Shown here in pieces: positions 25,600-38,480 of a stretch of 64,000 nt of DNA. Each line of letters starts with the position of its first letter. Within the stretch, counting starts at the first letter, position 1. The notes below the pieces were generated by a model that worked only from the letters and a program-made list of their open reading frames with translations, made no database searches and was not told the DNA's origin. The DNA is taken from NCBI GenBank assembly GCA_964016885.1, contig OZ024744.1, forward strand, positions 16,244,001 through 16,308,000, given 5' to 3'. A program made the position numbers and the translations under genes. This DNA is from Eledone cirrhosa. Lineage: Eukaryota.

Positions 25600-26500
25600 G
25601 AGTATGAAGGAAGTTGGAGAAGGAGAGTATGAAGGAAGTTGGAGAAGGAGAGTATGAAGGAGGTTGGAGGAGGAGAGTATGAAGGAAGTTGGAGAAGGAG
25701 AGTATGAAGAAAGTTGGAGAAGGAGAGTATGAAGGAAGTTGCAGAAGGAGAGTATGAAGGAAGTTGAAGAAGGAGAATATGAAGGAATTGGAGAAGGAGA
25801 TTATGAAGGAAGTTGGAGAAGGAGAGTATGAAGGAAGTTGAAGGAAGAGAATATGAAGGAAGTTGAAGAAGGAGAATATGAAGGAAGTTGAAGAAGGGGA
25901 GTATGAAGGAAGTTGAAGGAAGAAAATATGAAGGAAGTTGGAGGAGGAGAATATGAAGGAAATTGGAGAAGGAGAATATGAAGGAAGTTGGAGAAGGAAA
26001 ATATGAAGGATGTTGGAGAAGGATAATATGAAAGAAGTTGGAGAAGGAGAGTATGAAGGAAGTTGGAGAAGGAGAGTATGAAGGAAGTTGGAGAAGGAGA
26101 GTATGAAGGAGGTTGGAGGAGGAGAGTATGAAGGAAGTTGGAGAAGGAGAGTATGAAGAAAGTTGGAGAAGGAGAGTATGAAGGAAGTTGCAGAAGGAGA
26201 GTATGAAGGAAGTTGAAGAAGGAGAATATGAAGGAATTGGAGAAGGAGATTATGAAGGAAGTTGGAGAAGGAGAGTATGAAGGAAGTTGAAGGAAGAGAA
26301 TATGAAGGAAGTTGAAGAAGGAGAATATGAAGGAAGTTGAAGAAGGGGAGTATGAAGGAAGTTGAAGGAAGAAAATATGAAGGAAGTTGGAGGAGGAGAA
26401 TATGAAGGAAATTGGAGAAGGAGAATATGAAGGAAGTTGGAGAAGGAAAATATGAAGGATGTTGGAGAAGGATAATATGAAAGAAGTTGGAGAAGGAGAG
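25600..26500 (+). repeat. 449-bp tandem duplication (18 monomers, one of 24 bp), 2 copies
   Basis: GCAGAAGG at 25741 and 26190. GAAGGAATTGG at ~25781 and ~26230. 449 = 17x25 + 24. Confidence 0.85.
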
Positions 26501-29500
26501 TATGAAGGAAGTTGGTGAAGGAGAGTATGAAGGAAGTTGGAGAAGGAGATTATGAAGGAAGTTGGAGAAGGAGAGTATGAAGGAAGTTGGAGAAGGAGCG
26601 TATGAAGGAAGTTGAAGGAGGAGAAAAGGAAGGAAGTTGAAGAAGGAGAATATGAAGGAAGTTGGAGAAGGCGAGTATGAAGGAAGTTGAAGGAAGAAAA
26701 TATGAAGGAAGTTGGAGGAGGAGAATATGAAGGATGTTGGAGAAGGATAATATGAAAGAAGTTGGAGAAGGAGAGTATGAAGGAAGTTGTAGAAGGAGAG
26801 TATGAAGTTAGTTGGAGAAGGAGATTATGAAGGAAGTTGGAGAAGGAGAGTATGAAGGAAGTTGGAGAAGGAGAATATGAAGGAAGTTGGCGAAGAAGGC
26901 ATGAAGGAAGTTGGAGATGGAGAGTATGAAGGAAGTTGGAGAAGGAGAGTATGAAGGAAGTTGGAGAAGGAGAGTATGAAGGAAGTTGAAGAAGGAGAAT
27001 CTGAAGGAAGTTGGAGAAAGAGAGTATGAAGGAAGTTGAAGGAGGAGAATATGAAGGAAGTTGAAGGAGGAGAATATGAACGAATTTGGAGAAGGAGAGT
27101 ATGAAGGAAGTTGGAGAAGGAGAATCTGAAGGAAGTTGGAGAAGGAGAGTATGAAGGAAGTTGAAGGAGAAGAATATGAAGGAAGTTGAAGAAAGAGAAT
27201 CTGAAGGAAGTTGGAGAAGGAGAGTATGAAGGAAGTTGAAGAAGGAGAATCCGAAGGAAGTTGGAGAAGGAGAGTGTGAAGGAAGTTGGGGGAGGAGAAT
27301 ATGAAGGAAGTTGAAGGAGGAGAATATGAACGAAGATGAAGAAGGAGAATATGAAGGAAGTTGAAGGAGGAGAATATGAAGGAAGTTGAAGAAGGAGAAT
27401 CAGAAAGAAGTTGGAGAAGGAGAGTATGAAGGAAGTTGGAGAAGGAGAATCTGAAGGAAGTTGGAGAAGGAGAGTATGAAGGAAGTTGAAGGTGAAGTAT
27501 ATGAAGGAAGTTGAAGAAGGAGAATCTGAAGGAAGTTGGAGAAAAAGAGTATGAAGGAAGTTGGGGAAGAAGGTATGAAGGAAGTTGGAGAAGAAGAATA
27601 TGAAGGAAGTTGGGGAAGAAGGTATGAAGGAAGTTGGAGAAGAAGAATATGAATGAAGTTGAGGAAGAAGGTATGAAAGAAGTTGGAGAAGGAGAATATG
27701 AAGGAAGTTGAAGGAGGAGAATATGAAGGAAGTTGAAGAAGGAAAATATGAAAGAAGTTGGAGAAGGAGAGTATGCAGGAAGTTAGAGAAGGAGAGTATG
27801 AAGGAAGTTGGAGATGGAGAGTATGAAGGAAGTTGAATAAGGAGAATATCAAGGAAGTTGGAGAAGGAGAGTGTGATTGAAGTTGGAGAAGGAGAGTATG
27901 AAGGAAGTTGGAGAAGGAGAATATGAAGGAAGTTGGAAAAGGAGAGTATGAAGGAAGTTGGAGAAGGAGAGTATGAAGGAAGTTGAAGGAGAAGAATATG
28001 AAGGAAGTTGAAGAAAGAGAATCTGAAGGAAGTTGGAGAAGGAGAGTATGAAGGAAGTTGAAGAAGGAGAATCCGAAGGAAGTTGGAGAAGGAGAGTGTG
28101 AAGGAAGTTGGGGGAGGAGAATATGAAGGAAGTTGAAGGAGGAGAATATGAACGAAGATGAAGAAGGAGAATATGAAGGAAGTTGAAGGAGAAGAATATG
28201 AAGGAAGTTGAAGAAAGAGAATCTGAAGGAAGTTGAAGAAGGAGAGTATGAAGGAAGTTGAAGAAGGAGAATCCGAAGGAAGTTGGAGAAGGAGAGTATG
28301 AAGGAAGTTGGAGAAGGAGAGTATGAAGGAAGTTGAAGAAGGAGAATCTGAAGGAAGTTGGAGAAAGAGAGTATGAAGGAAGTTGAAGGAGGAGAATATG
28401 AAGGAAGTTGAAGGAGGAGAATATGAACGAATTTGGAGAAGGAGAGTATGAAGGAAGTTGGAGAAGGAGAATCTGAAGGAAGTTGGAGAAGGAGAGTATG
28501 AAGGAAGTTGAAGGAGAAGAATATGAAGGAAGTTGAAGAAAGAGAATCTGAAGGAAGTTGGAGAAGGAGAGTATGAAGGAAGTTGAAGAAGGAGAATCCG
28601 AAGGAAGTTGGAGAAGGAGAGTGTGAAGGAAGTTGGGGGAGGAGAATATGAAGGAAGTTGAAGGAGGAGAATATGAACGAAGATGAAGAAGGAGAATATG
28701 AAGGAAGTTGAAGGAGGAGAATATGAAGGAAGTTGAAGAAGGAGAATCAGAAAGAAGTTGGAGAAGGAGAGTATGAAGGAAGTTGGAGAAGGAGAATCTG
28801 AAGGAAGTTGGAGAAGGAGAGTATGAAGGAAGTTGAAGGTGAAGTATATGAAGGAAGTTGAAGAAGGAGAATCTGAAGGAAGTTGGAGAAAAAGAGTATG
28901 AAGGAAGTTGGGGAAGAAGGTATGAAGGAAGTTGGAGAAGAAGAATATGAAGGAAGTTGGGGAAGAAGGTATGAAGGAAGTTGGAGAAGAAGAATATGAA
29001 TGAAGTTGGGGAAGAAGGTATGAAAGAAGTTGGAGAAGGAGAATATGAAGGAAATTGAAGGAGGAGAATATGAAGGAAGTTGAAGAAGGAAAATATGAAA
29101 GAAGTTGGAGAAGGAGAGTATGCAGGAAGTTAGAGAAGGAGAGTATGAAGGAAGTTGGAGATGGAGAGTATGAAGGAAGTTGAATAAGGAGAATATCAAG
29201 GAAGTTGGAGAAGGAGAGTGTGTTTGAAGTTGGAGAAGGAGAGTATGAAGGAAGTTGGAGAAGGAGAATATGAAGGAAGTTGGAAAAGGAGAGTATGAAG
29301 GAGGTTGGAGGAGGAGAGTATGAAAGAAGTTGGAGATGGAGAACATGAAGGAAGTTGGAGAAGGATAATATGAGGGAAGTTGGAGAAGGAGTGTATGAAG
29401 GAAGTTGGAGAAGGAGAATATGAAGGAAGTTGAAGGAGGAGAATATGAAGGAAGTTGAAGAAGGAGAATATGAAGGAAGTTGGAGAAGGAGAGTATGAAG

Positions 29501-32500
29501 GAAGTTGGAGAAGGAGAGTATGAAGGAAGTTGGAGAAGGAGAGTATGAAGGAGGTTGGAGGAGGAGAGTATGAAGGAAGTTGGAGAAGGAGAGTATGAAG
29601 AAAGTTGGAGAAGGAGAGTATGAAGGAAGTTGCAGAAGGAGAGTATGAAGGAAGTTGAAGAAGGAGAATATGAAGGAATTGGAGAAGGAGATTATGAAGG
29701 AAGTTGGAGAAGGAGAGTATGAAGGAAGTTGAAGGAAGAGAATATGAAGGAAGTTGAAGAAGGAGAATATGAAGGAAGTTGAAGAAGGGGAATATGAAGG
29801 AAGTTGAAGGAAGAAAATATGAAGGAAGTTGGAGGAGGAGAATATGAAGGAAGTTGGAGAAGGAGAATATGAAGGAAGTTGGAGAAGGAAAATATGAAGG
29901 ATGTTGGAGAAGGATAATATGAAAGAAGTTGGAGAAGGAGAGTATGAAGGAAGTTGGTGAAGGAGAGTATGAAGGAAGTTGGAGAAGGAGATTATGAAGG
30001 AAGTTGGAGAAGGAGAGTATGAAGGAAGTTGGAGAAGGAGCGTATGAAGGAAGTTGAAGGAGGAGAATATGAAGGAAGTTGAAGAAGGAGAATATGAAGG
30101 AAGTTGGAGAAGGAGAGTATGAAGGAAGTTGAAGGAAGAAAATATGAAGGAAGTTGGAGGAGGAGAATATGAAGGATGTTGGAGAAGGATAATATGAAAG
30201 AAGTTGGAGAAGGAGAGTATGAAGGAAGTTGTAGAAGGAGAGTATGAAGTTAGTTGGAGAAGGAGATTATGAAGGAAGTTGGAGAAGGAGAGTATGAAGG
30301 AAGTTGGAGAAGGAGAATATGAAGGAAATTGGCGAAGAAGGCATGAAGGAAGTTGGAGATGGAGAGTATGAAGGAAGTTGGAGAAGGAGAGTATGAAGGA
30401 AGTTGGAGAAGGAGAGTATGAAGGAAGTTGAAGAAGGAGAATCTGAAGGAAGTTGGAGAAAGAGAGTATGAAGGAAGTTGAAGGAGGAGAATATGAAGGA
30501 AGTTGAAGGAGGAGAATATGAACGAATTTGGAGAAGGAGAGTATGAAGGAAGTTGGAGAAGGAGAATCTGAAGGAAGTTGGAGAAGGAGAGTATGAAGGA
30601 AGTTGAAGGAGAAGAATATGAAGGAAGTTGAAGAAAGAGAATCTGAAGGAAGTTGGAGAAGGAGAGTATGAAGGAAGTTGAAGAAGGAGAATCCGAAGGA
30701 AGTTGGAGAAGGAGAGTGTGAAGGAAGTTGGGGGAGGAGAATATGAAGGAAGTTGAAGGAGGAGAATATGAACGAAGATGAAGAAGGAGAATATGAAGGA
30801 AGTTGAAGGAGGAGAATATGAAGGAAGTTGAAGAAGGAGAATCAGAAAGAAGTTGGAGAAGGAGAGTATGAAGGAAGTTGGAGAAGGAGAATCTGAAGGA
30901 AGTTGGAGAAGGAGAGTATGAAGGAAGTTGAAGGTGAAGTATATGAAGGAAGTTGAAGAAGGAGAATCTGAAGGAAGTTGGAGAAAAAGAGTATGAAGGA
31001 AGTTGGGGAAGAAGGTATGAAGGAAGTTGGAGAAGAAGAATATGAAGGAAGTTGGGGAAGAAGGTATGAAGGAAGTTGGAGAAGAAGAATATGAATGAAG
31101 TTGAGGAAGAAGGTATGAAAGAAGTTGGAGAAGGAGAATATGAAGGAAGTTGAAGGAGGAGAATATGAAGGAAGTTGAAGAAGGAAAATATGAAAGAAGT
31201 TGGAGAAGGAGAGTATGCAGGAAGTTAGAGAAGGAGAGTATGAAGGAAGTTGGAGATGGAGAGTATGAAGGAAGTTGAATAAGGAGAATATCAAGGAAGT
31301 TGGAGAAGGAGAGTGTGATTGAAGTTGGAGAAGGAGAGTATGAAGGAAGTTGGAGAAGGAGAATATGAAGGAAGTTGGAAAAGGAGAGTATGAAGGAAGT
31401 TGGAGAAGGAGAGTATGAAGGAAGTTGAAGGAGAAGAATATGAAGGAAGTTGAAGAAAGAGAATCTGAAGGAAGTTGGAGAAGGAGAGTATGAAGGAAGT
31501 TGAAGAAGGAGAATCCGAAGGAAGTTGGAGAAGGAGAGTGTGAAGGAAGTTGGGGGAGGAGAATATGAAGGAAGTTGAAGGAGGAGAATATGAACGAAGA
31601 TGAAGAAGGAGAATATGAAGGAAGTTGAAGGAGAAGAATATGAAGGAAGTTGAAGAAAGAGAATCTGAAGGAAGTTGAAGAAGGAGAGTATGAAGGAAGT
31701 TGAAGAAGGAGAATCCGAAGGAAGTTGGAGAAGGAGAGTATGAAGGAAGTTGGAGAAGGAGAGTATGAAGGAAGTTGAAGAAGGAGAATCTGAAGGAAGT
31801 TGGAGAAAGAGAGTATGAAGGAAGTTGAAGGAGGAGAATATGAAGGAAGTTGAAGGAGGAGAATATGAACGAATTTGGAGAAGGAGAGTATGAAGGAAGT
31901 TGGAGAAGGAGAATCTGAAGGAAGTTGGAGAAGGAGAGTATGAAGGAAGTTGAAGGAGAAGAATATGAAGGAAGTTGAAGAAAGAGAATCTGAAGGAAGT
32001 TGGAGAAGGAGAGTATGAAGGAAGTTGAAGAAGGAGAATCCGAAGGAAGTTGGAGAAGGAGAGTGTGAAGGAAGTTGGGGGAGGAGAATATGAAGGAAGT
32101 TGAAGGAGGAGAATATGAACGAAGATGAAGAAGGAGAATATGAAGGAAGTTGAAGGAGGAGAATATGAAGGAAGTTGAAGAAGGAGAATCAGAAAGAAGT
32201 TGGAGAAGGAGAGTATGAAGGAAGTTGGAGAAGGAGAATCTGAAGGAAGTTGGAGAAGGAGAGTATGAAGGAAGTTGAAGGTGAAGTATATGAAGGAAGT
32301 TGAAGAAGGAGAATCTGAAGGAAGTTGGAGAAAAAGAGTATGAAGGAAGTTGGGGAAGAAGAATATGAAGGAAGTTGGGGAAGAAGGTATGAAGGAAGTT
32401 GGAGAAGAAGAATATGAATGAAGTTGGGGAAGAAGGTATGAAAGAAGTTGGAGAAGGAGAATATGAAGGAAATTGAAGGAGGAGAATATGAAGGAAGTTG

Positions 32501-35500
32501 AAGAAGGAAAATATGAAAGAAGTTGGAGAAGGAGAGTATGCAGGAAGTTAGAGAAGGAGAGTATGAAGGAAGTTGGAGATGGAGAGTATGAAGGAAGTTG
32601 AATAAGGAGAATATCAAGGAAGTTGGAGAAGGAGAGTGTGTTTGAAGTTGGAGAAGGAGAGTATGAAGGAAGTTGGAGAAGGAGAATATGAAGGAAGTTG
32701 GAAAAGGAGAGTATGAAGGAGGTTGGAGGAGGAGAGTATGAAAGAAGTTGGAGATGGAGAACATGAAGGAAGTTGGAGAAGGATAATATGAGGGAAGTTG
32801 GAGAAGGAGTGTATGAAGGAAGTTGGAGAAGGAGAATATGAAGGAAGTTGAAGGAGGAGAATATGAAGGAAGTTGAAGAAGGAGAATATGAAGGAAGTTG
32901 GAGAAGGAGAGTATGAAGGAAGTTGGAGAAGGAGAGTATGAAGGAAGTTGGAGAAGGAGAGTATGAAGGAGGTTGGAGGAGGAGAGTATGAAGGAAGTTG
33001 GAGAAGGAGAGTATGAAGAAAGTTGGAGAAGGAGAGTATGAAGGAAGTTGCAGAAGGAGAGTATGAAGGAAGTTGAAGAAGGAGAATATGAAGGAATTGG
33101 AGAAGGAGATTATGAAGGAAGTTGGAGAAGGAGAGTATGAAGGAAGTTGAAGGAAGAGAATATGAAGGAAGTTGAAGAAGGAGAATATGAAGGAAGTTGA
33201 AGAAGGGGAGTATGAAGGAAGTTGAAGGAAGAAAATATGAAGGAAGTTGGAGGAGGAGAATATGAAGGAAGTTGGAGAAGGAGAATATGAAGGAAGTTGG
33301 AGAAGGAAAATATGAAGGATGTTGGAGAAGGATAATATGAAAGAAGTTGGAGAAGGAGAGTATGAAGGAAGTTGGTGAAGGAGAGTATGAAGGAAGTTGG
33401 AGAAGGAGATTATGAAGGAAGTTGGAGAAGGAGAGTATGAAGGAAGTTGGAGAAGGAGCGTATGAAGGAAGTTGAAGGAGGAGAATATGAAGGAAGTTGA
33501 AGAAGGAGAATATGAAGGAAGTTGGAGAAGGAGAGTATGAAGGAAGTTGAAGGAAGAAAATATGAAGGAAGTTGGAGGAGGAGAATATGAAGGATGTTGG
33601 AGAAGGATAATATGAAAGAAGTTGGAGAAGGAGAGTATGAAGGAAGTTGTAGAAGGAGAGTATGAAGTTAGTTGGAGAAGGAGATTATGAAGGAAGTTGG
33701 AGAAGGAGAGTATGAAGGAAGTTGGAGAAGGAGAATATGAAGGAAATTGGCGAAGAAGGCATGAAGGAAGTTGGAGATGGAGAGTATGAAGGAAGTTGGA
33801 GAAGGAGAGTATGAAGGAAGTTGGAGAAGGAGAGTATGAAGGAAGTTGAAGAAGGAGAATCTGAAGGAAGTTGGAGAAAGAGAGTATGAAGGAAGTTGAA
33901 GAAGGAGAATCCGAAGGAAGTTGGAGAAGGAGAGTGTGAAGGAAGTTGGGGGAGGAGAATATGAAGGAAGTTGAAGGAGGAGAATATGAACGAAGATGAA
34001 GAAGGAGAATATGAAGGAAGTTGAAGGAGGAGAATATGAAGGAAGTTGAAGAAGGAGAATCAGAAAGAAGTTGGAGAAGGAGAGTATGAAGGAAGTTGGA
34101 GAAGGAGAATCTGAAGGAAGTTGGAGAAGGAGAGTATGAAGGAAGTTGAAGGTGAAGTATATGAAGGAAGTTGAAGAAGGAGAATCTGAAGGAAGTTGGA
34201 GAAAAAGAGTATGAAGGAAGTTGGGGAAGAAGGTATGAAGGAAGTTGGAGAAGAAGAATATGAAGGAAGTTGGGGAAGAAGGTATGAAGGAAGTTGGAGA
34301 AGAAGAATATGAATGAAGTTGAGGAAGAAGGTATGAAAGAAGTTGGAGAAGGAGAATATGAAGGAAGTTGAAGGAGGAGAATATGAAGGAAGTTGAAGAA
34401 GGAAAATATGAAAGAAGTTGGAGAAGGAGAGTATGCAGGAAGTTAGAGAAGGAGAGTATGAAGGAAGTTGGAGATGGAGAGTATGAAGGAAGTTGAATAA
34501 GGAGAATATCAAGGAAGTTGGAGAAGGAGAGTGTGATTGAAGTTGGAGAAGGAGAGTATGAAGGAAGTTGGAGAAGGAGAATATGAAGGAAGTTGGAAAA
34601 GGAGAGTATGAAGGAAGTTGGAGAAGGAGAGTATGAAGGAAGTTGAAGGAGAAGAATATGAAGGAAGTTGAAGAAAGAGAATCTGAAGGAAGTTGGAGAA
34701 GGAGAGTATGAAGGAAGTTGAAGAAGGAGAATCCGAAGGAAGTTGGAGAAGGAGAGTGTGAAGGAAGTTGGGGGAGGAGAATATGAAGGAAGTTGAAGGA
34801 GGAGAATATGAACGAAGATGAAGAAGGAGAATATGAAGGAAGTTGAAGGAGAAGAATATGAAGGAAGTTGAAGAAAGAGAATCTGAAGGAAGTTGAAGAA
34901 GGAGAGTATGAAGGAAGTTGAAGAAGGAGAATCCGAAGGAAGTTGGAGAAGGAGAGTATGAAGGAAGTTGGAGAAGGAGAGTATGAAGGAAGTTGAAGAA
35001 GGAGAATCTGAAGGAAGTTGGAGAAAGAGAGTATGAAGGAAGTTGAAGGAGGAGAATATGAAGGAAGTTGAAGGAGGAGAATATGAACGAATTTGGAGAA
35101 GGAGAGTATGAAGGAAGTTGGAGAAGGAGAATCTGAAGGAAGTTGGAGAAGGAGAGTATGAAGGAAGTTGAAGGAGAAGAATATGAAGGAAGTTGAAGAA
35201 AGAGAATCTGAAGGAAGTTGGAGAAGGAGAGTATGAAGGAAGTTGAAGAAGGAGAATCCGAAGGAAGTTGGAGAAGGAGAGTGTGAAGGAAGTTGGGGGA
35301 GGAGAATATGAAGGAAGTTGAAGGAGGAGAATATGAACGAAGATGAAGAAGGAGAATATGAAGGAAGTTGAAGGAGGAGAATATGAAGGAAGTTGAAGGA
35401 GAATCAGAAAGAAGTTGGAGAAGGAGAGTATGAAGGAAGTTGGAGAAGGAGAATCTGAAGGAAGTTGGAGAAGGAGAGTATGAAGGAAGTTGAAGGTGAA

Positions 35501-38480
35501 GTATATGAAGGAAGTTGAAGAAGGAGAATCTGAAGGAAGTTGGAGAAAAAGAGTATGAAGGAAGTTGGGGAAGAAGGTATGAAGGAAGTTGGAGAAGAAG
35601 AATATGAAGGAAGTTGGGGAAGAAGGTATGAAGGAAGTTGGAGAAGAAGAATATGAATGAAGTTGGGGAAGAAGGTATGAAAGAAGTTGGAGAAGGAGAA
35701 TATGAAGGAAATTGAAGGAGGAGAATATGAAGGAAGTTGAAGAAGGAAAATATGAAAGAAGTTGGAGAAGGAGAGTATGCAGGAAGTTAGAGAAGGAGAG
35801 TATGAAGGAAGTTGGAGATGGAGAGTATGAAGGAAGTTGAATAAGGAGAATATCAAGGAAGTTGGAGAAGGAGAGTGTGTTTGAAGTTGGAGAAGGAGAG
35901 TATGAAGGAAGTTGGAGAAGGAGAATATGAAGGAAGTTGGAAAAGGAGAGTATGAAGGAGGTTGGAGGAGGAGAGTATGAAAGAAGTTGGAGATGGAGAA
36001 CATGAAGGAAGTTGGAGAAGGATAATATGAGGGAAGTTGGAGAAGGAGTGTATGAAGTAAGTTGGAGAAGGAGAATATGAAGGAAGTTGAAGGAGGAGAA
36101 TATGAAGGAAGTTGAAGAAGGAGAATATGAAGGAAGTTGGAGAAGGAGAGTATGAAGGAAGTTGGAGAAGGAGAGTATGAAGGAAGTTGGAGAAGGAGAG
36201 TATGAAGGAGGTTGGAGGAGGAGAGTATGAAGGAAGTTGGAGAAGGAGAGTATGAAGAAAGTTGGAGAAGGAGAGTATGAAGGAAGTTGCAGAAGGAGAG
36301 TATGAAGGAAGTTGAAGAAGGAGAATATGAAGGAATTGGAGAAGGAGATTATGAAGGAAGTTGGAGAAGGAGAGTATGAAGGAAGTTGAAGGAAGAGAAT
36401 ATGAAGGAAGTTGAAGAAGGAGAATATGAAGGAAGTTGAAGAAGGGGAGTATGAAGGAAGTTGAAGGAAGAAAATATGAAGGAAGTTGGAGGAGGAGAAT
36501 ATGAAGGAAGTTGGAGAAGGAGAATATGAAGGAAGTTGGAGAAGGAAAATATGAAGGATGTTGGAGAAGGATAATATGAAAGAAGTTGGAGAAGGAGAGT
36601 ATGAAGGAAGTTGGTGAAGGAGAGTATGAAGGAAGTTGGAGAAGGAGATTATGAAGGAAGTTGGAGAAGGAGAGTATGAAGGAAGTTGAAGGAGCGTATG
36701 AAGGAAGTTGAAGGAGGAGAATATGAAGGAAGTTGAAGAAGGAGAATATGAAGGAAGTTGGAGAAGGAGAGTATGAAGGAAGTTGAAGGAAGAAAATATG
36801 AAGGAAGTTGGAGGAGGAGAATATGAAGGATGTTGGAGAAGGATAATATGAAAGAAGTTGGAGAAGGAGAGTATGAAGGAAGTTGTAGAAGGAGAGTATG
36901 AAGTTAGTTGGAGAAGGAGATTATGAAGGAAGTTGGAGAAGGAGAGTATGAAGGAAGTTGGAGAAGGAGAATATGAAGGAAATTGGCGAAGAAGGCATGA
37001 AGGAAGTTGGAGATGGAGAGTATGAAGGAAGTTGGAGAAGGAGAGTATGAAGGAAGTTGGAGAAGGAGAGTATGAAGGAAGTTGAAGAAGGAGAATCTGA
37101 AGGAAGTTGGAGAAAGAGAGTATGAAGGAAGTTGAAGAAGGAGAATCCGAAGGAAGTTGGAGAAGGAGAGTGTGAAGGAAGTTGGGGGAGGAGAATATGA
37201 AGGAAGTTGAAGGAGGAGAATATGAACGAAGATGAAGAAGGAGAATATGAAGGAAGTTGAAGGAGGAGAATATGAAGGAAGTTGAAGAAGGAGAATCAGA
37301 AAGAAGTTGGAGAAAGAGAGTATGAAGGAAGTTGGAGAAGGAGAATCTGAAGGAAGTTGGAGAAGGAGAGTATGAAGGAAGTTGAAGGTGAAGTATATGA
37401 AGGAAGTTGAAGAAGGAGAATCTGAAGGAAGTTGGAGAAAAAGAGTATGAAGGAAGTTGTGGAAGAAGGTATGAAGGAAGTTGGAGAAGAAGAATATGAA
37501 TGAAGTTGAGGAAGAAGGTATGAAAGAAGTTGGAGAAGGAGAATATGAAGGAAGTTGAAGGAGGAGAATATGAAGGAAATTGAAGAAGGAAAATATGAAA
37601 GAAGTTGGAGAAGGAGAGTATGCAGGAAGTTAGAGAAGGAGAGTATGAAGGAAGTTGGAGATGGAGAGTATGAAGGAAGTTGAATAAGGAGAATATCAAG
37701 GAAGTTGGAGAAGGAGAGTGTGATTGAAGTTGGAGAAGGAGAGTATGAAGGAAGTTGGAGAAGGAGAATATGAAGGAAGTTGGAAAAGGAGAGTATGAAG
37801 GAGGTTGGAGGAGGAGAGTATGAAAGAAGTTGGAGATGGAGAATATGAAGGAAGTTGGAGAAGGATAATATGAGGGAAGTTGGAGAAGGAGTGTATGAAG
37901 GAAGTTGGAGAAGGAGAATATGAAGGAAGTTGAAGGAGGAGAATATGAAGGAAGTTGAAGAAGGAGAATATGAAGGAAGTTGGAGAAGGAGAGTATGAAG
38001 GAAGTTGGAGAAGGAGAGTATGAAGGAAGTTGGAGAAGGAGAGTATGAAGGAGGTTGGAGGAGGAGAGTATGAAGGAAGTTGGAGAAGGAGAGTATGAAG
38101 AAAGTTGGAGAAGGAGAGTATGAAGGAAGTTGCAGAAGGAGAGTATGAAGGAAGTTGAAGAAGGAGAATATGAAGGAATTGGAGAAGGAGAGTATGAAGG
38201 AAGTTGGAGAAGGAGAGTATGAAGGAAGTTGAAGGAAGAGAATATGTAGGAAGTTGAAGAAGGAGAATATGAAGGAAGTTGAAGAAGGGGAGTATGAAGG
38301 AAGTTGAAGGAAGAAAATATGAAGGAAGTTGGAGGAGGAGAATATGAAGGAAGTTGGAGAAGGAGAATATGAAGGAAGTTGGAGAAGGAAAATATGAAGG
38401 ATGTTGGAGAAGGATAATATGAAAGAAGTTGGAGAAGGAGAGTATGAAGGAAGTTGGTGAAGGAGAGTATGAAGGAAGTT
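26050..38480 (+). repeat. ~3.2-3.4 kb higher-order repeat (3 full units plus a 1843-bp short unit); each full unit carries a ~1.35 kb internal partial duplication
   Basis: Marker GGTGAAGG at 26514, 29956, 33374, 36613 and 38456 (spacings 3442, 3418, 3239, 1843). Identical 150-aa pseudo-ORFs at 27400, 30842 and 34060, with sister copies at 28747, 32189 and 35404. Confidence 0.9.
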
